DNA of 64,000 nt, taken from NCBI GenBank assembly GCA_017601395.1, contig JAFNIQ010000002.1:6990-70989 (forward strand). The letters run 5' to 3'. Source of the stretch: Candidatus Brockarchaeota archaeon. Lineage in GTDB: Archaea; Thermoproteota; EX4484-205; JAAOZP01. Below, piece by piece: positions 59,338 through 64,000 of this stretch. The notes below the pieces were generated by a model. That model ran no database searches. It had not been told where the DNA came from and was given only the letters and a program-made list of their open reading frames with translations. A program made the translations under genes and the position numbers. Numbering within the stretch: position 1 is the stretch's first letter; each line of letters opens with the position of its first letter.

Positions 59338-60405
59338 ATGTCACGGAATATTAACAATAAGTGGTTCGAGGCCCAGATGGGGGTTAATTTAACACCCATA
59401 ATCGTCAGGAAGCCGATGCGTCTTGAAAACTTCAGAGGGGAAAGCTTCGCAGTCGACGCTAACCAGATGCTCTACCAGTTTCTCGCGTTAATACGTAAGC
59501 CTGACGGATCGTTTTTCACGGATGCTGCGGGCAACGTTACGTCCCACCTCATAGGTTTCGCCTTCAGGGTTACAAGGCTCCTGTGCGACTATGGCGTGCG
59601 TTTCATATTCGTATTCGACGGGAGGCCTATTCCGCTCAAGCTGAGGGAGCTTGATGAAAGGAGACATAGGAGAGAGAAGGCTTTAGCCGAGTGGAGGCGA
59701 GCGATAAAAGAGGGTAGGCTTGCAGAAGCCTTCTCCAAGGCCGTTTCCTCAACAAGATTAACTAGTACGATGGTTGAAGACGTAAAGATGCTTCTGTCGG
59801 CGATGGGTCTCCCATTTGTCGAAGCACCATCGGACGCTGAAGCTCAAGCAGCATTCATAGTTCAGAAGGGAGATGCATATGCTGTTGCTGGAAGAGACTA
59901 TGATACTCTCCTATATGGTTCCCCGAGGCTTGTTAGAAACTTAGCTATACGTAGCACGGAGTTTTTACCGAGTAAGGGCTACTCGAAGGTTTTGAAGCCT
60001 GAGCTCATAGAGGCTGAAGAAGCTTTAGGCAGACTGGGGATTACTAGGGAACAGCTGGTGGATATTGCTATACTTGTCGGGACGGATTTCAACCAGGGTG
60101 TTAGGGGGGTTGGCCCTAAAAAAGCTCTGCAGCTTATTAAGAAATATGGGCGGATAGATGAAATCCCCAGAAACATTCTTCCCAGGATTCCGGAGAATTA
60201 CTCTGAAGTTAGAAGGGTATTCATGGAGCCGGATGTTAGAAAAGAGTATTCTGTTAAATATGCGGGGCTTGATGAGGTAAGGTTAATGGAGTTCCTCCAC
60301 TTTGAAAAAGGTTTTTCTAAGGATAGGGTTGCTAAGCTTATTGAAAGGATGAGGAGCTTCTACAGGTCTGTTGGGAAGGACACTACTCTTAGAGAATGGA
60401 TTTAG
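59338..60405 (+). CDS. fen: flap endonuclease 1
   Basis: MGVNLTPII, FVFDG, and the conserved acidic residues and H3TH (GTDFNQGVRGVGPKKA). The canonical start is probably the internal Met at 59377. Confidence 0.9.
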   Translation: MSRNINNKWFEAQMGVNLTPIIVRKPMRLENFRGESFAVDANQMLYQFLALIRKPDGSFFTDAAGNVTSHLIGFAFRVTRLLCDYGVRFIFVFDGRPIPLKLRELDERRHRREKALAEWRRAIKEGRLAEAFSKAVSSTRLTSTMVEDVKMLLSAMGLPFVEAPSDAEAQAAFIVQKGDAYAVAGRDYDTLLYGSPRLVRNLAIRSTEFLPSKGYSKVLKPELIEAEEALGRLGITREQLVDIAILVGTDFNQGVRGVGPKKALQLIKKYGRIDEIPRNILPRIPENYSEVRRVFMEPDVRKEYSVKYAGLDEVRLMEFLHFEKGFSKDRVAKLIERMRSFYRSVGKDTTLREWI

Positions 60406-60458
60406 AATCATACTTAGGAAGTTTAGAAAAGATTAAAAACTCTTAACCATAAACCGTC

Positions 60459-61469
60459 TTGATGAAAGTCCTTACTTCAGGGTTCATCGTGGCCGATATG
60501 ATTCTGGCAGAACTGCCTAAAATCGCCGATCCTGGGCATATAGTGTTCGCCAAGAAAAGCGTTAAGTTGACAGTCGGAGGGCATCCCTGTAATGTTTCTA
60601 TAGATTTGATCCAGCTTGGCCTTGAAAAGGGTTCTGTCGGCATAGTAGGGGCAATCGGAAAGGATATTTTCGGGGGCTTCATAAGGAGTGTTTTGGAGGA
60701 AAAGGGGGTTGTCGCACACTTGCTCGAGCTCGTTGAAGTCGGAACGACGAAAAACATTGCGCTTGTTGTGAAGGGGGAGGACAGGCGGTTTCACTTAGAC
60801 CTTGGCGCAAGCTGGCATCTCGATCCAGGTTTCGTGTCTAAGAAGATACTCGAGATCAAACCAAGGGTTTTCTACGCTGCGTCAGGCCTGTGCGGCGAGT
60901 TCGACGGGAAGCTCAGGGAGGTTCTTGAAACCGCTAAGAAGTCTGGAAGCTTAACGTTCGTAGACATGGTGGAGCCTTATGGAAGACAATGGGATTATAT
61001 AGTTGAGCATTTAGATTACGCAGACTTTTTCCACTGTAATGACATAGAGCTGAAGAACATATTCAAGACAGATAGCTTAGCATTCGCAATGAGGGCGGCG
61101 AGTGAAAGGGTTAATGGCATAACTTTCGTAACCCTTGGCGAAAAGGGTGCGCTAGCTGTTTTGAAAAATGGGAAATACATGAGGCAAAAAGGGTTTAAAG
61201 TCGAAGTTATCGACCCCACTGGGGCTGGTGACGCGTTCAGCGCAGGAATCTTATTCGCTTTACTAAAGCATGGGGAACTTAAAGACCCTTCCGAAATCCC
61301 TCTTGAACATTTAAAGAGGCTCTTAATGTCAGGACAGGCTGCCGGTGCTGCATGCGTAACAGGCGTCGGGACAACGACAAACGTTACTAGGGAGAACGTC
61401 GACTCGATAATGAATCTCCAGGGCGAAGAGGTTTTAAAATCCACAGAGGTCCTAAACCTAATTCTTTAA
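60459..61469 (+). CDS. PfkB family carbohydrate kinase
   Basis: DPTGAGDAFSAG anion-hole motif and the ribokinase fold pattern. Confidence 0.85.
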   Translation: MMKVLTSGFIVADMILAELPKIADPGHIVFAKKSVKLTVGGHPCNVSIDLIQLGLEKGSVGIVGAIGKDIFGGFIRSVLEEKGVVAHLLELVEVGTTKNIALVVKGEDRRFHLDLGASWHLDPGFVSKKILEIKPRVFYAASGLCGEFDGKLREVLETAKKSGSLTFVDMVEPYGRQWDYIVEHLDYADFFHCNDIELKNIFKTDSLAFAMRAASERVNGITFVTLGEKGALAVLKNGKYMRQKGFKVEVIDPTGAGDAFSAGILFALLKHGELKDPSEIPLEHLKRLLMSGQAAGAACVTGVGTTTNVTRENVDSIMNLQGEEVLKSTEVLNLIL

Positions 61470-61513
61470 ACCAAAGGTTGTGTTTTAACGCGTTTTTCAC
61501 CAATGGTTGTATC

Positions 61514-62038
61514 TCAAATCTCCTCTAACGGTTTCCGTTTTGACACCGGCTCCTTTTTCTCAGCAGGATAGCCTACGGCTACCATCGAGACTACTCTCGC
61601 TTCCTTCGGAAGTCCTAAAACCTTCTTTACTTCGTCCTCCACGTGGAAAAACCGATCCAGCATGTTCCAAGCCCCTGCTCCCGCGCTGCCAAGACAAGGT
61701 TCTGCAGAGCTATCACTATATCAATCTTCCAGAAATCGGTTCCGGGAAAGCTTTCACCGGGTAGGGCGCAGCCCACTATTAAAAACCAGAGCCGATTCCA
61801 AAGGTCCTTTTAAAGGTCTGGAGAAGCTCCCGGGTGGAGGCAGCATCTTCTTCTTCGCCTCAATCAATCCCTCTTTAACCTTAGGATCCGCGACTACGAT
61901 AAAACTCCACGCCTGCCTGTTTCCAGCGGATGGCGCTAGCCTAGCGGCCTCCAGGATTCTTTCAAGTTTTTTCTTGTTCAACAGACCTATCTTCGTAAAC
62001 ACGTATGCTACGCCTTGTCCTTGTGGCTTCAAAGACAT
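61514..62038 (-). pseudogene. nitroreductase family pseudogene, frameshifted across three frames; a paralog of 48138..48653
   Basis: N-terminal LEAARLAPSAGNRQAWSFIVVADP in one frame, DIVIALQNLVLAAREQGLGTCWIGF in a second, and VSMVAVGYPAEKKEPVSKRKPLEEI in a third. Confidence 0.6.
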
Positions 62039-62177
62039 TCATCTGGACCACCCTGGGAAATGGCATAAAAAGAAACTATTTTGCTTTACCCATAGCATTT
62101 TCGCATTATCCGTATTATTAAATGTTAAAGTTTATCCTGCGTTCCCAAGCATACTGGTTTTCCAGTGTTTTTATGGC

Positions 62178-63233
62178 TTATTCGCCTTTTCCAGTTTTAA
62201 GGTGTTTTTCGAAGAATCTAAAGGCCATTCTCCCGGAGAAGCTGTGCTCCCCTGGGAAAACATCTATCCATAGGTTTTCCGGCTTACCGGCAACCTGGTA
62301 TGCCCTCCGTATTATGTCATGCGCCTTCAAGGCTGAGTGTATCCAGAAACAAGTGTCTGATGCGCCGCTCTCTATTAAAAGGGGTTTAGGAGCTATCGCG
62401 GCTATGACGTCGGGCACGTCTGCATACTTGTATAGATAAGGGACCAGCTGAGACCCACAGAAGTTTGGCCGAGATATCGCATAATGCTCAGTAGTTGTGG
62501 CATAACATATTATGTCTGCTGCTTTAACCCTGTCGTCGAGCAGTGTCAAGTAGGTTGTCATCGTTCCTCCAAAGGAAAGCCCCATGCAACCTATTCTGCT
62601 CGAGTCTACATACTCGAGCGTCGTTAGGAAGTCTATAACCCGCATACCGTCGAAAATATTGCTTCCCAGAAGCGTCCTCCCAAGGATTAAGTGTTGAATG
62701 AAATGAATGTTGCATATGTCCCTCCCAGGGTAAGGGTTGTAGTAACCTATCCTTTCACCGAAGCTCCGCCAGTCTGGGGCGACTGTGACGAAGCCAGCGT
62801 TAGCCATTTGCTCCGCGTAATTATAGTTTAGCCTCGCGATCTCCGCCTTCCTATTCGTGTCGTTAAAATGAACACCAGCTACTGGATCCTTACCGTAGGC
62901 ACCGTGGCCGTGAGCGCAAAGGATTGCGGGAAGCTTCCCGGCTGCTTTCTTCGGAATCAGGAGGTAGAGGGGTACCCAGCAGTCTTCTTCAGACTGGATA
63001 ATCCACTTCTCTCTAACATAGTTCTCCGCTTCCTCGCGACATAGCAAACTCGGGCTTAAGTCAACTGGTTTGGGAAACTCTCCTAGGAGTTCTCTAATCT
63101 TGTTCTTAAGCTCCTCCTTCCACCTGAGAAACTCATCTCTGGAGGAAGCGTTGAAGGACAGTGATGGTTTAGTTTTTTCATAGAGTTTTCTTATAAAATT
63201 GTCAGTGATCTGGGGGGCATCTATCTCTCCCAA
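62178..63233 (-). CDS. alpha/beta hydrolase (esterase; acetyl-esterase/dienelactone-hydrolase-like)
   Basis: Nucleophile elbow GCMGLSFGG (GxSxG), an upstream HGHG oxyanion region, and a length of 351 aa. Confidence 0.6.
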   Translation of the reverse strand: MGEIDAPQITDNFIRKLYEKTKPSLSFNASSRDEFLRWKEELKNKIRELLGEFPKPVDLSPSLLCREEAENYVREKWIIQSEEDCWVPLYLLIPKKAAGKLPAILCAHGHGAYGKDPVAGVHFNDTNRKAEIARLNYNYAEQMANAGFVTVAPDWRSFGERIGYYNPYPGRDICNIHFIQHLILGRTLLGSNIFDGMRVIDFLTTLEYVDSSRIGCMGLSFGGTMTTYLTLLDDRVKAADIICYATTTEHYAISRPNFCGSQLVPYLYKYADVPDVIAAIAPKPLLIESGASDTCFWIHSALKAHDIIRRAYQVAGKPENLWIDVFPGEHSFSGRMAFRFFEKHLKTGKGE

Positions 63234-63289
63234 AGCGCATCGTCAAAACCGTGTTAAGCTTATTTATAAGATTATTGGTTTCAAGCGTT

Positions 63290-64000
63290 TCATCTTCTAC
63301 CCCTAGTCTCCACAGTTTCGCTGACCATTTTCACTCTTTGGATATCGCCGTCCGGAGGCACTTGGTCGGCAACCCCTATGATAAACCTGCGGTCACTTAA
63401 ATAAGTCTCTACTATGTCGTCAAGTACTTGCTTCAACATTTCGACAGGATATTTCTTGCTGAATAAAACCCCCGGCAAGCCCCCCCATAAAACAATGTTT
63501 CCGCCAGCAATCTTCCTGAAATCCTTAACGTCAACATCTCCTGCTGGAGCCGGCGTCAGCGATTGCGCGCAGTCAACACCTGTTTGACCAAGCAATGGCA
63601 ACAATCCCCTGAGGCCGCCGTCAATATGGAGGTAAATCTTTTTCCCTTTAGCATGAAGTTCTAGAGCACGCTTCTTGTAATATGGTTCAAGATATGTCTT
63701 AAAGAGGCGTGGGCTAACCATGTCGCTGGACAGGTTCTCCCCAAAGTAAACATACTTGGCGGGCGCTTCTAAAACTGTCTCGTAAATAGGGTCGTCTGCA
63801 TCACACATCGCTTGAATGGTCTCGTCGAACTCTTCCCTGTGCATCCACTGGAGTTTAACAGTGTTTGAAAAACCGGCCAACTCCACTATCATTCTCATCA
63901 AAGGAGTCCTGGGCGGGAGAGAACTCACAATCCCCCACCCATCCCATTTCCGCATCATACGTTGCTGCCATTCATACATTTCCGGATCCTTTTCCACAAC
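63290..64000 (-). CDS. URO-D family protein, paralog 3; 5'-truncated by the window edge
   Basis: C-terminal URO-D-like sequence (..IGVADQVPPDGD..). The reading frame stays open to the end of the window. Confidence 0.55.
   Translation of the reverse strand, partial: VVEKDPEMYEWQQRMMRKWDGWGIVSSLPPRTPLMRMIVELAGFSNTVKLQWMHREEFDETIQAMCDADDPIYETVLEAPAKYVYFGENLSSDMVSPRLFKTYLEPYYKKRALELHAKGKKIYLHIDGGLRGLLPLLGQTGVDCAQSLTPAPAGDVDVKDFRKIAGGNIVLWGGLPGVLFSKKYPVEMLKQVLDDIVETYLSDRRFIIGVADQVPPDGDIQRVKMVSETVETRGRR

Noticed and set aside
61662-62273. 203-aa + strand ORF, and 61507..61764 (+)
   Set aside because: Low-complexity, lacking motifs, and lying antisense to or overlapping the recognisable nitroreductase pseudogene fragments.
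1-64000. CRISPR arrays, rRNA and tRNA genes
   Set aside because: No run of regularly spaced direct repeats was found. No T-loop (GGTTCRAATCC-like) or acceptor-stem pattern was found in any intergenic region, including 16787-17191 and 46341-46834. No rRNA-like conserved blocks were seen.

Overview
Archaeal chromosomal segment, probably from a crenarchaeon (Thermoproteota-like). The evidence is FEN-1, a creatininase-fold ArfB-like protein, aspartate dehydrogenase, a COG1855 PIN-PilT ATPase, archaeal-style leaderless and overlapping operons, and about 48-50% GC. No rRNA, tRNA or CRISPR array was detected. Most of the window is accessory or metabolic. (1) 7.1-21.0 kb is a rhamnose/rhamnogalacturonan-type sugar utilisation region. 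It holds a GH78 alpha-L-rhamnosidase, an HpcH-type keto-deoxy-sugar-acid aldolase, Gfo/Idh/MocA dehydrogenases, xylose-isomerase-like TIM-barrel proteins, a GHL10 hydrolase-like protein, an FAD oxidoreductase and two uroporphyrinogen-decarboxylase-like (URO-D) paralogs. A third URO-D-like gene lies at the right window edge. (2) There is an ABC-2 exporter pair and a DUF362 protein. (3) A multiply frameshifted glycoside hydrolase pseudogene sits upstream of a 755-aa putative glycoside hydrolase. (4) There are two separate loci encoding large secreted clan-CD (C25/gingipain-like) cysteine peptidases with beta-sandwich cell-surface partner proteins. One locus also carries a DUF192 gene and a serpin gene inactivated by four +1 homopolymer insertions. 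(5) A nadA-nadC-nadX NAD de novo operon is divergently paired with a NAD-kinase-like protein that has a degenerate GGDG motif and a C-terminal winged helix. This is a candidate NAD-responsive regulator, with palindromes in the shared intergenic region. (6) A compositionally mosaic islet holds an AT-rich TIM-barrel gene, a GC-rich membrane-anchored PLD/Nuc-family HKD nuclease and a HEPN-MNT (HepT/MntA-like) toxin-antitoxin pair. (7) Other genes include fumarate hydratase class I subunits, FEN-1, a PfkB kinase, a nitroreductase plus a frameshifted nitroreductase pseudogene paralog, and a DUF72 protein with a C-terminal SWIM-like zinc finger. (8) A 405-nt intergenic region (16787-17191) contains strong hairpins and a 4.5-copy 11-nt tandem repeat, making it a candidate structured ncRNA or regulatory region. 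All functional calls come from motif and family recognition by eye on the translated ORFs. No database searches were run.
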